Assembly (NCBI RefSeq): GCF_035643755.1
Contig: NZ_DASQPW010000297.1
Location: forward strand, 13,785-77,784
Reading direction: 5' to 3'
Source of the DNA: Stackebrandtia sp.
GTDB taxonomy: Bacteria; Actinomycetota; Actinomycetes; Mycobacteriales; Micromonosporaceae
Length of the DNA stretch: 64,000 nucleotides
Shown here: in pieces, positions 42,449 to 56,924 of the stretch
Position numbering within the stretch: position 1 is the first letter of the stretch
Layout: the number at the start of each line of letters is the position of its first letter
Program-made: the position numbers and the translations under genes
Notes under the pieces: generated by a model
Database searches by the model: none
What the model was told of the DNA's origin: nothing
The model's input: only the letters and a program-made list of their open reading frames with translations

Positions 42449-42552
42449 CTACGCAGCTCCTCAACACCTCAAGGTTGAAAGCCCATCGTAGTGCGCGGGT
42501 GGAGCGATCGGCGATCGCCACGGGATGTGGCGACCGCCCGGGGCCGATGGAT

Positions 42553-43476
42553 TTAACCCATGCCACCCATCTGCTGTTGCTGCTGCTGAAGTTGTTCTTC
42601 CTTGGAGAGCCAGGCCTTCTTCTTGGCGATCTTCTTCACCACGTCGAGACCGGAGGTCACCTTGCCCAGGATGGTGTAGTCGGGCTTGAGGTAGGTGTCC
42701 TTGTAGACGATGAAGAACTGGCTGCCGTTGGAGTCGGGCTGGCTGGGGTTGGCCATGGCGATGGTGCCCGCCAGGTAGTTGGCCTTCGGCGACTTGCCCG
42801 CCTTCTTGTCCTTCTTGGACTGGTCCTTGGCGGTGTCCTTGGGGAAGTTCTCGTCCTTGGTGACGTAGGTGGGGCCGCCCTGGCCGGTTCCGGAGGGGTC
42901 GCCGCACTGCAGCACGTAGATGTTGGCGGTGGTCAGCCGGTGGCACTTGGACTTGTCGAAGAAGTTCTTGCCGACCAGGTAGTTGAAGCTGGCGGCGTTG
43001 CAGGGGGCCTTGGAGTCGTCGATGTCGATCTTGATGGTGCCCTGCGACAGCTTGATGGTCCAGTGCTGGACGCCGGTGTCGGGCTTCTTGCCGTTGCCCG
43101 GGGTGCCGACGTTCTTCAGATGCTTGTTGGCCTTGACCTCGTCCTTGGACGACTTCTTGTACGTGCAGCTGACGCTGCCGGCCGAGGTCGCGGCGGGCTT
43201 GGACATCGACATGTCCTTCACCAGCACCTTGTCCTTGGGGTGGCCGTCGTCGGCGACCACGCGCCCGTCGGTCTTCTTGTCGGCGGAGTCGCTGGACACC
43301 GCGTTGCTGATCACCTTGAAGAAGAAGAATCCGATGCCGCCCAGCACCGCGACGGCGAGGATGGTCGCCAAGGTGACCTGTACCCGGCGCTTGCGCTTGG
43401 CGGCGGCGGCCTTTTCGGCCATCCGCGCCTCCAGTTTGGCGCGCGCGGCCTCTCGCTTGTCTCGCGGTTGTGCCAC
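42553..43476 (-). CDS. Membrane-anchored cyclophilin PPIase (PpiB-like)
   Basis: CHRLT...VLQCGDPSGTGQGGP, GTIAMAN, NGSQFFIVY. Confidence 0.92.
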   Translation of the reverse strand: MAQPRDKREAARAKLEARMAEKAAAAKRKRRVQVTLATILAVAVLGGIGFFFFKVISNAVSSDSADKKTDGRVVADDGHPKDKVLVKDMSMSKPAATSAGSVSCTYKKSSKDEVKANKHLKNVGTPGNGKKPDTGVQHWTIKLSQGTIKIDIDDSKAPCNAASFNYLVGKNFFDKSKCHRLTTANIYVLQCGDPSGTGQGGPTYVTKDENFPKDTAKDQSKKDKKAGKSPKANYLAGTIAMANPSQPDSNGSQFFIVYKDTYLKPDYTILGKVTSGLDVVKKIAKKKAWLSKEEQLQQQQQQMGGMG

Positions 43477-43523
43477 CGAAGGTCTCCGATCGTGCGTGGT
43501 TGGTGATGTGAGGGGTGGGTCGT

Positions 43524-43838
43524 CTACTTCTTGCTGCTCGAGGATTCCTTGCCCGACGGCGAGGACGACGAGGACTTGCTGGCGCTGGAGCTCGGCGACG
43601 GCGAGGAGGAGTGGCTCGCCGAGGTGCTGTGGTCGGACTTCGGCGTGGACTTGTCGTGGCCGTCGAACACGCCCATGAACCAGGCCACGCCCACACCGAC
43701 GAGAAGCACGATGAGCACGCCGACGCCCGCCTTGATCTGGCGGCCGCGGCGCACCGACGCCGCACGGCGGGCCAGTTGGCGCTCGTATTTGGCCCGCGCG
43801 AGCTCGCGCGCCCTCGCCTTGCCCTTGCTGGAGGTCAC
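43524..43838 (-). CDS. Small TM protein resembling the PpiB N-terminal anchor, with no cyclophilin domain
   Basis: RARELARAKYERQLARRA...RR, TM segment, Ser-rich tail. Confidence 0.7.
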   Translation of the reverse strand: MTSSKGKARARELARAKYERQLARRAASVRRGRQIKAGVGVLIVLLVGVGVAWFMGVFDGHDKSTPKSDHSTSASHSSSPSPSSSASKSSSSSPSGKESSSSKK

Positions 43839-43999
43839 CTGCCGATACCCCTTTGACGCATTGTCGCTTCGTGAACCGGGTCGGTTCTGGTGGCGCAGTT
43901 TATACGCCAAACCCAAGTGCGCTCACGCGACGGTGGTGGGTACGCTGAGCCCCGCAAGGCCGGAAAGGCCGGATAAACCGGGCGGAATAGGACGAAACG

Positions 44000-44701
44000 G
44001 TGCTGATCGAGGGCCTGACGGCCGAGGCATTCGCCACAAATTGTTATGTGGTCGCGCCCCGGGCGGGCGGGGAGTGCGTCGTCGTCGATCCCGGGATCGG
44101 GGTCGGTCCCCGCCTGGACGCGGTGCTGGAGCACCACGGGCTGCGCCCGGTGGCCGTCGCCCTCACCCACGGGCACCTCGACCACACCTTCTCGGTGACG
44201 CCCGTGTGCGGCGCGCGGGACATTCCCGCCTACATTCACGCCGCCGACGTCCACCAGCTCGCCGACCCGCTGTCGGGCCTGACTCCGGACCTGGTGGCCG
44301 CGATCGGCGGCCAGCTGGAGTGGACCGAGCCCGAGGCGATCGCCGAGCTGCCCGACAACGGCGTGATCACCCTGGCGGGCCTGGAGATCACCGTCGACCA
44401 CGCGCCCGGCCACACCCCGGGATCGGTGCTGTTCCGGCTTCCCGGCGGCGAGGACGCCGCGCCGTACTGCCTGTCGGGGGACGTGTTGTTCGCCGGTTCC
44501 ATCGGCCGCACCGACTACCCCGGCGGCGACCCGGCGGCCATGGACGACTCGCTGCGCACCAAGATCCTGCCGCTGGACGACGACACCGTGGTGCTTCCCG
44601 GGCACGGGCCGCGCACCACCATCGGCGACGAGCGCCGCACCAACCGCTTCCTGCGACAGGTCGATGAGGGCCATATGCGGGCACCGACGCGCGGAAACTA
44701 G
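44000..44701 (+). CDS. MBL-fold hydrolase (glyoxalase II-like, Rv2581c-like)
   Basis: THGHLDH, PGHTPGS, SGDVLFAGSIGRTD, PGHG; upstream of hisS. Confidence 0.92.
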   Translation: MLIEGLTAEAFATNCYVVAPRAGGECVVVDPGIGVGPRLDAVLEHHGLRPVAVALTHGHLDHTFSVTPVCGARDIPAYIHAADVHQLADPLSGLTPDLVAAIGGQLEWTEPEAIAELPDNGVITLAGLEITVDHAPGHTPGSVLFRLPGGEDAAPYCLSGDVLFAGSIGRTDYPGGDPAAMDDSLRTKILPLDDDTVVLPGHGPRTTIGDERRTNRFLRQVDEGHMRAPTRGN

Positions 44702-44755
44702 CCCGCCGGTGCCGAGCGCCGCCCACCCATCGATTCGTCCACAGGAGACATATCC

Positions 44756-46108
44756 ATGAGCCGTCCCGCGCCCCTGTCCGGGTTTCCCGAACTGCTTCCC
44801 GAGCAACGCATCGTCGAACAGAAGGTGGTCGCCAAGCTCGCCCGCACCTTCGAACTGCACGGTTTCGCCTCCGTCAACACCCGCGCCGTCGAGCCGCTGG
44901 ATCAGCTGCTGCGCAAGGGAGAGACGTCCAAGGAGGTGTACGTGCTGCGTCGCCTCCAGGCCGACGCGGAGTCGGCCGACGCCGGCCTGGGCCTGCACTT
45001 CGACCTGACCGTGCCGTTCGCGCGCTACGTGCTGGAGAACGCCGGAAAACTGCAGTTTCCCTTCCGCCGCTACCAGATCCAGCCGTGCTGGCGCGGCGAA
45101 CGGCCCCAGGAGGGGCGCTTCAGGGAGTTCTGGCAGGCCGACATCGACATCGTCGACCGCGACACCCTGCCGACGCACTACGATGTGGAGATCCCGCTGG
45201 TGGTGGGCGACGCGCTGCGGTCGCTTCCCTTGCCGCCCATGACGATCCACACCAACAACCGCAAGCTGTCGCAGGGCTTCTACCGGGGCCTGGGCATCGA
45301 CGACCCGGCCGAGGCGATCCGCGCCATCGACAAGATCGACAAGATCGGCCCGTCCGGCGTGGCCACGCTGTTGGCCGACAACGTCGGCGCCACCGACGAC
45401 CAGGTGAAGGCGTGCCTGGCGCTGGCCGACATCTCCAGCGACGACGCGTCCTTCGTGGACGACGTGCGGGCCCTGGGCGTCAGCGATCCCCTGCTGGACG
45501 AGGGGCTCGAGGAGCTGGCCGCGGTGGTGGAGGGCGCCGCCGCGCAGCACCCCGGCCTGGTGAAGGCCGACCTGCGGATCGCCCGCGGCCTGGACTACTA
45601 CACCGGCACCGTCTACGAGACCTTCATGTCCGGTTACGAGAACCTGGGCGCGGTGTGCTCGGGCGGCCGCTACGACAACCTGGCCAGCGAGGGCAAGTTC
45701 CGCTTCCCCGGCGTGGGCATCTCGCTGGGGGTGTCGAGGATCCTGGTGCCGCTGTTGGGATCCGGCGCGCTGCGGGCGACCCGCCCGGTGCCCACGTGCG
45801 TGTTGGTGGCGCTGGCCGACGACGACGCCCGGCCGCGCTCGCGCGAGCTGGCGCGGCGGCTGCGCGAGCGCGACATCGCCTGCGAGGTGGCGCCGTCCCC
45901 GCAGAAGTACGGCAAGCAGATCCGCTTCGCCGAGCGGCGCGGGATTCCGTTCGTGCTGTTCGATTCCGGCGACGGCGTCACGGAGATGCGCGACATCCGT
46001 TCGGGGGAGCAGGTCGCCGTCGACGTCGACACCTGGGCCCCGCCCGCCGGCGACGCCCGCCCCGACATCGTCGCGGGGGACCGACCGACATTAATCGCTG
46101 ATTTGTAA
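44756..46108 (+). CDS. hisS: Histidine--tRNA ligase
   Basis: FDLTVPFAR, RGERPQEGRFREFWQ.D, RGLDYYTG, GGRYD. Confidence 0.97.
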   Translation: MSRPAPLSGFPELLPEQRIVEQKVVAKLARTFELHGFASVNTRAVEPLDQLLRKGETSKEVYVLRRLQADAESADAGLGLHFDLTVPFARYVLENAGKLQFPFRRYQIQPCWRGERPQEGRFREFWQADIDIVDRDTLPTHYDVEIPLVVGDALRSLPLPPMTIHTNNRKLSQGFYRGLGIDDPAEAIRAIDKIDKIGPSGVATLLADNVGATDDQVKACLALADISSDDASFVDDVRALGVSDPLLDEGLEELAAVVEGAAAQHPGLVKADLRIARGLDYYTGTVYETFMSGYENLGAVCSGGRYDNLASEGKFRFPGVGISLGVSRILVPLLGSGALRATRPVPTCVLVALADDDARPRSRELARRLRERDIACEVAPSPQKYGKQIRFAERRGIPFVLFDSGDGVTEMRDIRSGEQVAVDVDTWAPPAGDARPDIVAGDRPTLIADL

Positions 46109-46120
46109 CGTTTATATATC

Positions 46121-46155
46121 TAAAGAGTGCAATAAATATCTGGTCACACTCTTTA
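46121..46155. promoter_or_regulatory. Inverted repeat in an AT-rich promoter island
   Basis: TAAAGAGTG-N17-CACTCTTTA upstream of the DoxX gene. Confidence 0.55.
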
Positions 46156-46218
46156 CAGTTGTCGCCGGGCTTTCCATACTGAGCGCGAACGATCCCTCCC
46201 TGACTGGAAGGCCCGGCA

Positions 46219-46773
46219 ATGACCAGCACCGCAGCACACTCGCAACCCCTGTCCGACACCACGACCGCCGCCCCGCCCGCGTGGCGCCCGGGACCGGTGG
46301 CCCGCCTCACCCTCGCGGTGGCCCGGATCTGTCTGGGATGGATCTTCCTGTGGGCCTTCGTGGACAAGATGTTCGGCCTGGGGTACGGCACGCCCGCCTC
46401 CGGCGCGTGGATCCACGGCGCCAGCCCCACCGCCGGATACCTCGGCGGCGTCAGGGGCAGCTTCGCGCACCTGTTCTCGTCCATGAGCGGGCAGGCGTGG
46501 GCCGACTGGCTCTACATGGTCGGCATGGGCGGCCTGGGCGTGGCCTTCGTCCTGGGCATCGGCATGCGCGTCGCCTCGATCGGCGGGATCGCGCTGTTGG
46601 GCATGCTGTGGCTGTCGTCGCTGCCCCTGGACACCAACCCGTTCATGGACCAGCACCTGGTCTACCTGGTCACGGCCTTCGCGCTGACGGCCTGCCGCGC
46701 CGGCGACACCCTGGGCCTGGGGAAGTGGTGGGCAGGGACCGGCCTGGTGCGGGCCCTGCCCTTCCTGCGTTGA
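46219..46773 (+). CDS. DoxX family membrane protein
   Basis: RICLGWIFLWAFVDKMFGLG, W..GASPT.GYL, NPFMDQH, AGDTLGLG.WW. Confidence 0.85.
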   Translation: MTSTAAHSQPLSDTTTAAPPAWRPGPVARLTLAVARICLGWIFLWAFVDKMFGLGYGTPASGAWIHGASPTAGYLGGVRGSFAHLFSSMSGQAWADWLYMVGMGGLGVAFVLGIGMRVASIGGIALLGMLWLSSLPLDTNPFMDQHLVYLVTAFALTACRAGDTLGLGKWWAGTGLVRALPFLR

Positions 46774-46782
46774 GGAAACGCC

Positions 46783-47526
46783 CTACAGGTTCTTGATGCA
46801 CAGCACGAAGCGCGGCGTCTGGCTCGGGTCCAGAATGTACAACGTGTAGTCGTAGTCGGCGCTGACGGCCTCGCATTCCTTGGCCGCCGCCTCCTGCGTG
46901 TTGTCGGTGCTGGCCGGGTCGTCGATCCGCTTGTTGATCTGGCCGTACGCACTGGGGTCGGAGCAATCGACCTTCTTGGTGTCGGCGACGTCGGAGGGGT
47001 TGTCGACGCAGTCGCCCTCCTGCGCGTACAGCGGCGAATCCCCGGAGCTGTCGGAGGAGTACGGGTCGGAACTGGGCAGTTCCTCCGAAGACGACGACTC
47101 CGACGACGAGCTGGACGACTCCGACGAGGAATTGTCGTCGGCGGAGTTGTGACCAACGCTCCTGAGCAGGAAGAAACCGCCGACACCCAGGGCGATGACC
47201 ACCACCACGACGGCACCGATGATCAGTGCGATCTTTCCGCCGTTGTTGGACGGCGGCTGCTGCGGGGGCATGAATCCGCCGCCCATGTCGGGCGGGGGAG
47301 GAGGCCCGAAACCGCCGCCGCCCCCGGGCTGCCCCAGCGGGGGGCCGTACGGGTCGGCGGGGTAACCCCCGGGCCCGCTGGTGGGCGCGTACGGGTCGGA
47401 CGACCCCGGCCACCCGGGCTGGGCGGACACCGGGTCGGGCCCCGGTGGCGGCGGGTATTGTCCCGGCTGGAACGACGGGGGCTGCTGGCCGGGCTGTTGC
47501 GAGTAGTCCGGCGGAGGGTACGACAT
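46783..47526 (-). CDS. Pro/Gln-rich TM protein with one Cys-containing extracellular domain (LppU/SCO3897-like)
   Basis: Pro-rich N-terminus, TM, GDCV...KVDCSDP.A...C...VLCI. Confidence 0.7.
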   Translation of the reverse strand: MSYPPPDYSQQPGQQPPSFQPGQYPPPPGPDPVSAQPGWPGSSDPYAPTSGPGGYPADPYGPPLGQPGGGGGFGPPPPPDMGGGFMPPQQPPSNNGGKIALIIGAVVVVVIALGVGGFFLLRSVGHNSADDNSSSESSSSSSESSSSEELPSSDPYSSDSSGDSPLYAQEGDCVDNPSDVADTKKVDCSDPSAYGQINKRIDDPASTDNTQEAAAKECEAVSADYDYTLYILDPSQTPRFVLCIKNL

Positions 47527-47651
47527 TTGCCTGCTCCCAGAAATAACGTCTTTGAGGTTCGGGGGCTCACTGTAACGCGGTGCTGTAACCGGTGCCGAGG
47601 CTTGCGCACATGTCGATTCATGGACGGCACGACTTGGGGAGACAAGCAACG

Positions 47652-47680
47652 ACCCCGGGGGCGTGAACCCCCCGGGGCCG
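47652..47680. terminator. Probable terminator hairpin
   Basis: CCCCGGGGG-cgtgaa-CCCCCGGGG downstream of the 47704..48585 gene. Confidence 0.6.
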
Positions 47681-47703
47681 AATCGTAAGTGACTACTCTG
47701 CGA

Positions 47704-48585
47704 TCACGAAACGTCGGTGGTGCAGATGAACCAGTCGAACGGTCCGGAGTCCTGCGGCTCGCTGAAGTAGCTCTTGGCGTTGTCGCTACAGACCTCGGCC
47801 GAGGCGTCCGTCGGGTCGTTGGTGCTCGTCTGCGGTTTCTCCTTGGCGTCGGTGATCTTGTACTTCGCCGACGGGTCGGAGCAGTCCACGATCTGGAAGT
47901 ACTCCGAGGTGTCGGAGGCCCAGCAGTCGCCGACCTGACCGGGCATCTCGCCGTACTTCGCGGTCTTGATGTCGAGCGGGTCCAGACACAGCAGCCAGTC
48001 GAGGCCGCCGCCGTGGCTGTTCTCCTGATACATGTAGGTCGCCGCGGCGGTGCCGTCGCACGCCTTGGAGGCGGCCTTTTCCGCGTCGGTCTCGGTGGGG
48101 TCGTCGTCGCGCCCCACCACCTTGAAGTAGGCGTCCTTGGCGGAGCACTTCACGACCGTCACGTCGCTGGCGTCGGTGGACACCTTGCTGGAGAACTTGG
48201 TCGTGCAGTCGCCCTTGTCGGCGACCTCGGTGTCACCGGTGGCCTCGGCGACGCCGTCGTCGAGCACCACACGCAGCAGGACCTTGCCGGCGAACACCAG
48301 CACGAGCACGACGATCACGGCGATGATGCCGCCGATCGTCTTGCCGACCTTCTTACCACCGCTGGGTGGGGGAGGAACGGGTCCGCCGGCCTGGGGATTG
48401 CTGGGGAAACCGCTGGGCTGCTGCCCGTAGGGCTGGCCGCCGCCGGGCTGGGGGTTGCTGGGGAAACCGCTGGGAGTGCCCCCGGCGGGGCCGGGCGGGG
48501 GAGGTGCCGGTTGTCCGTATCCGTTGTTGGCGTACGGGTCCGGCTGTTGGGGGTAGCCACCCTGGTAGGGCGGTGGCTGGGTCAT
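47704..48585 (-). CDS. Paralogous Pro/Gln-rich TM protein with two Cys-containing domains (LppU/SCO3897-like)
   Basis: Two GDC...V.CS...A.YK...C...W..C repeats. Confidence 0.7.
   Translation of the reverse strand: MTQPPPYQGGYPQQPDPYANNGYGQPAPPPPGPAGGTPSGFPSNPQPGGGQPYGQQPSGFPSNPQAGGPVPPPPSGGKKVGKTIGGIIAVIVVLVLVFAGKVLLRVVLDDGVAEATGDTEVADKGDCTTKFSSKVSTDASDVTVVKCSAKDAYFKVVGRDDDPTETDAEKAASKACDGTAAATYMYQENSHGGGLDWLLCLDPLDIKTAKYGEMPGQVGDCWASDTSEYFQIVDCSDPSAKYKITDAKEKPQTSTNDPTDASAEVCSDNAKSYFSEPQDSGPFDWFICTTDVS
48391..48474. repeat. 27-bp direct repeat, two copies, encoding PSGFPSNPQ
   Basis: 48391-48417 and 48448-48474, one mismatch. Confidence 0.8.
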
Positions 48586-48862
48586 ATTCTTCTCCGTTGT
48601 CGTTCTTGCTGGTGTCGGTGCGAAACAGGGGTTGGTTGGGGTGCACGCGACACGCCGAGATTAGTAGTGCCGGATCAGTAATCGGATCGTGGCCTGAGCA
48701 TCGAAATGCCCGAATTTCGGGATCAACTGTTCGCCGGCGTGGTGCTTCGCCTACACTGGTACGACTACGGGCCGACGTCGTCCCGGCAAATCCCCAGCTC
48801 ACACCGGATATACCGGCTCTTTACGGTGTGCGCGCCAGCGACGTTGAAGGAGGCTCGACCGC

Positions 48863-53351
<4,489 letters not shown>

Positions 53352-53359
<8 letters not shown>

Positions 53360-54815
53360 CGCGAAGGGATTCATGAAGCACCCCCGCGCCAACCCGCCCC
53401 GCCGGCCGGTGCCGGTGCGGCTGCTCGACTGGCGCGAGGTATATGAGACCGGCGATCCCGCCGAGCTGCGCGAACAGGCTTCGCGCTGTATGGACTGCGG
53501 GATTCCCTTCTGCCACAACGGTTGCCCGCTGGGCAACAAGATCCCGGAGTGGAACGACCTGGTGCGCTCCGGCCGCCTCGACGCCGCGGCGGTGTCCCTG
53601 CACTCCACCAACAACTTCCCGGAGTTCACCGGGCGGCTGTGCCCGGCGCCGTGCGAGGCCGCGTGCGTCCTGGACATCGCCGACGACCCCGTGGCCATCA
53701 AGCGCGTCGAGTCCGACATCGCCGACCACGCCCTGGCCGACGGCGCCGTCCCGCGCCCGGCCGGGCACTCCACGGGCAGGTCGGTGGGGATCGTGGGTTC
53801 GGGCCCGGCGGGCCTGGCCGCGGCGCAACAGCTGGCCCGCGCCGGTCACGCCGTGACCGTGTACGAACGCGACGACGCCGTCGGAGGCCTGCTGCGCTAC
53901 GGGATCCCCGACTTCAAGCTCGAAAAGCGCCACGTGGACCTCCGGGTGGAGCAGCTGCGCGGCGAGGGCGTGGACTTCGTGTGCGACTGCGAGATCGGCG
54001 TCGACGTGTCCATGCGGGACCTGCGGTCGCGCCACGACGCCGTCCTGTTGGCGACCGGCGCCCTGGAGGCCCGCGACACCGATGTGGACGGTCGCGGTCT
54101 GGGCGGGGTCCACCTGGCCATGGACCATCTGGTGGGGGCCAACCGGGTGGTGGCGGGCCGGGCGCCGTTCGCGCCGGTCGACGCGCGCGGCAAGCACGTC
54201 GTCATCATCGGCGGCGGCGACACCGCGGCCGACTGCGTCGGCGTGGCGCACCGCCAGGGCGCGGTCTCGGTGACCCAGCTCGACCTGTACCCCGAGCCGC
54301 CCTCCCGCCGCGTCGACTCCCGCGACCCGTGGCCGGTGTGGCCCACCGTGTTGCGCAACTACCCCGCCCACGAGGAGGGCGGCCGCCGCGTGTTCGCCAC
54401 CGCGGCGTTCTCCTTCATCGGCGACGACCGACACCACGTGCGGCACATGCGCGTCAACGAGGTCACCGTCGACAAGAGCGGCGGCCGCCGGACCGTCACC
54501 CCGGTGCCCGGCACGACCCGCGACCTGCCGTGCGACCTGGTGCTCCTGGCCATCGGCTTCGCAGGAACCGAGGAGCAGCCCCTGCTGCGCCAGTCGCGCC
54601 TGTCGCGCCGCGGCGGCGTCATCGACTGCGGCGACGACTGGCAGACCGACGCCGAGGGCGTGTTCGTCGCCGGCGACGCCCACCGGGGCGCCTCCCTCAT
54701 CGTGTGGGCGATCGCCGAGGGCCGCGCCGCCGCGGCGGCCATGCACCGGTACCTCGGCGGCGCCCGGCCGCTCCCGTCCCCAGTGGAGGCCGACGCGCGC
54801 CCGCTGGCCGCCTAG
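53352..54815 (+). CDS. gltD: Glutamate synthase small subunit
   Basis: [38 protein letters not shown]. Confidence 0.97.
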
Positions 54816-54971
54816 GGTCTGTCGGCGTGGGTCTTCGTGCGGCGAGAAGTCCTGGACCGAGGCCGACGACAACGCCGCCAGGCGAAGCGTCCAGGGACTT
54901 CGGCTCGCTTGCGAGTCGAAGCATGAAGCAGAGCGCGGACTGCCGAGATGACCCGCGGGACGGACCCCAAG
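54812..54971. mobile_element. MITE-like/REP-like structured element (about 160 bp)
   Basis: Imperfect terminal inverted repeats CTAGGGTCTGTCGGCGTGGGTCTTC / GATGACCCGCGGGACGGACCCCAAG, plus internal hairpins; no transposase. Confidence 0.5.
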
Positions 54972-55014
54972 GTCTGGTGGGCAATCACGCCCGTCGAACG
55001 GTTACGGTGGCCTC

Positions 55015-55440
55015 GTGTCAAGCGACCACGGTGACCTCCCGCCCGACGACAACGGTGGCGACGACAACGATCACACCGACGCCTCGCGGCGCGACATGTT
55101 GGCCGCCCGCGAGACCCTGGACAGGGTGCGCCGTGAAATGCCGTTCCGCAAGGCGCTGTGGGGTTTCCGGCTCTACTACATCGGCGTGTTGTCCAGTGTG
55201 GGCGCGGCCCTGGTGACCTGCTTCGGCGGCCCCGACGCCGCGATCGTCGTCATCCCCGTCGGGCTGCCGCTGGGCGTGGCCGGTTACCTGTACGGCTACC
55301 TCCTGCTGAAGAGCGAGCTGCGGGCGTTCATGGCCGACGCGTCGTCCGAGGTGTGGCATTCCCGGCGCGATCGCAAGAACGTCTGGCAGCTGTCCATCCT
55401 GCGGGACTCCTTCATGGGAAGACTGCGCGATGAGCCTTAA
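55015..55440 (+). CDS. Hypothetical protein with two TM segments
   Basis: GC-rich third codon positions, two hydrophobic helices; family not recognised. Confidence 0.6.
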   Translation: MSSDHGDLPPDDNGGDDNDHTDASRRDMLAARETLDRVRREMPFRKALWGFRLYYIGVLSSVGAALVTCFGGPDAAIVVIPVGLPLGVAGYLYGYLLLKSELRAFMADASSEVWHSRRDRKNVWQLSILRDSFMGRLRDEP

Positions 55441-55502
55441 CCTGCGTTAACGTACCGCCCGCGTGAATCGGCCGACATTTTTGTGGACTAGGGTCTTGTT
55501 AC

Positions 55503-56924
55503 GTGAATCGACGCGCCAAGATCGTTTGCACTCTCGGACCAGCCACCGCCACCCCCGACCGCGTACGCGGCCTCGTCGAGGCCGGAATGGACGTGGCACG
55601 GCTCAACTTCAGTCACGGCACCCATGCCGACCACGAATCCGTGTACCGCATGGTGCGCAAGGCCGCCTCCGACGCCGGACGCGGCGTGGGCATCCTCGCC
55701 GACCTCCAGGGGCCCAAGATCCGGCTGGAGACCTTCGCCGAGGGCCAGGTGGAGTGGAACACCGGCGACCACGTCGTCATCACCTCCGAGGACGTGGAGG
55801 GCACCGCCAAACGCGTCGGCGTCACCTACAAGAAGCTGCCCGAGGAGGTGCACGCCGGCGACCGGCTGCTGGTCGACGACGGGCGGCTCGTCCTGGAGGT
55901 CATCGACGTCGACGACACCGACATCCAGTGCCTGGTGGTCGAGGGCGGCCCCGTATCCAACCACAAGGGACTGTCGCTGCCGAACGTCGCCATCAGCGTC
56001 CCCGCCATGTCCGAGAAGGACTCCGAGGACCTGCGCTTCGCGCTTCGCCTCGGCGTCGACCTCGTGGCGCTGTCGTTCGTGCGCGCCGAAAGCGACGTCG
56101 AACCCGTCCGCGCCATTATGTCCGAAATGGATGTTCGGCGCCCGGTGCTGGCCAAGGTCGAAAAGCCCGAGGCCGTGGAGCGCCTGGAATCCATCGTGCT
56201 GGCCTTCGACGGCGTCATGGTCGCCCGCGGCGACCTCGGCGTCGAACTGCCGCTGGAACAGGTGCCGCTGGTCCAAAAGCGCGCCGTCCAGATGTGCCGC
56301 GAGAACGCCAAACCCGTCATCGTGGCCACCCAGATGCTCGACTCCATGATCAACAACGCCCGCCCCACCCGCGCCGAGACCTCCGACGTCGCCAACGCCG
56401 TCCTCGACGGCGCCGACGCCGTCATGCTGTCCGGCGAGACCAGCGTCGGCAAGTACCCCGTCGGCACCGTGCGCACCATGGCCCGCATCGTCGAATCCAT
56501 CGAGTCGGGGGAATTCACCGCCCCGAAGCTCGAACATGACCCCCGCACCCAGGGCGGCGCCCTCACCTCGGCGGCCTCCCGGGTCGCCCGCGCCGTCGAC
56601 GCCAAGGCCCTGGTCGCCTTCAGCCAGACCGGCGACACGGTGCGCAGGCTGTCGCGCCTGCACTGCCCCCTGCCGCTGCTGGCCTTCACGCCCGAGGACA
56701 CCACCCGCAGCCAGCTCGCCCTGTCGTGGGGCGTCGAGGCGTATCTGGTGCCGTTCGTCCACCACACCGACGAGATGTTCGAGCAGGTCGACGGCGCCCT
56801 GGTGGAGCTCGGCAAGGCCCGCGAGGGTGACCTGGTCGTCATTGTCGCCGGTTCCCCTCCCGGCACCCCCGGTTCGACAAATACCCTTCGGGTACATCGC
56901 ATCGGATTGGCGGACATGGATTGA
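55503..56924 (+). CDS. pyk: Pyruvate kinase
   Basis: KIVCTLGPA, ARLNFSHG, DLQGPKIR, MVARGDLGVE, VMLSGET. Confidence 0.98.
   Translation: MNRRAKIVCTLGPATATPDRVRGLVEAGMDVARLNFSHGTHADHESVYRMVRKAASDAGRGVGILADLQGPKIRLETFAEGQVEWNTGDHVVITSEDVEGTAKRVGVTYKKLPEEVHAGDRLLVDDGRLVLEVIDVDDTDIQCLVVEGGPVSNHKGLSLPNVAISVPAMSEKDSEDLRFALRLGVDLVALSFVRAESDVEPVRAIMSEMDVRRPVLAKVEKPEAVERLESIVLAFDGVMVARGDLGVELPLEQVPLVQKRAVQMCRENAKPVIVATQMLDSMINNARPTRAETSDVANAVLDGADAVMLSGETSVGKYPVGTVRTMARIVESIESGEFTAPKLEHDPRTQGGALTSAASRVARAVDAKALVAFSQTGDTVRRLSRLHCPLPLLAFTPEDTTRSQLALSWGVEAYLVPFVHHTDEMFEQVDGALVELGKAREGDLVVIVAGSPPGTPGSTNTLRVHRIGLADMD

Noticed and set aside
42556-42600. Poly-Gln/MGGMG tail of the cyclophilin as a contingency repeat
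   Set aside because: Short, in frame, with mixed CAG/CAA codons; an ordinary low-complexity tail
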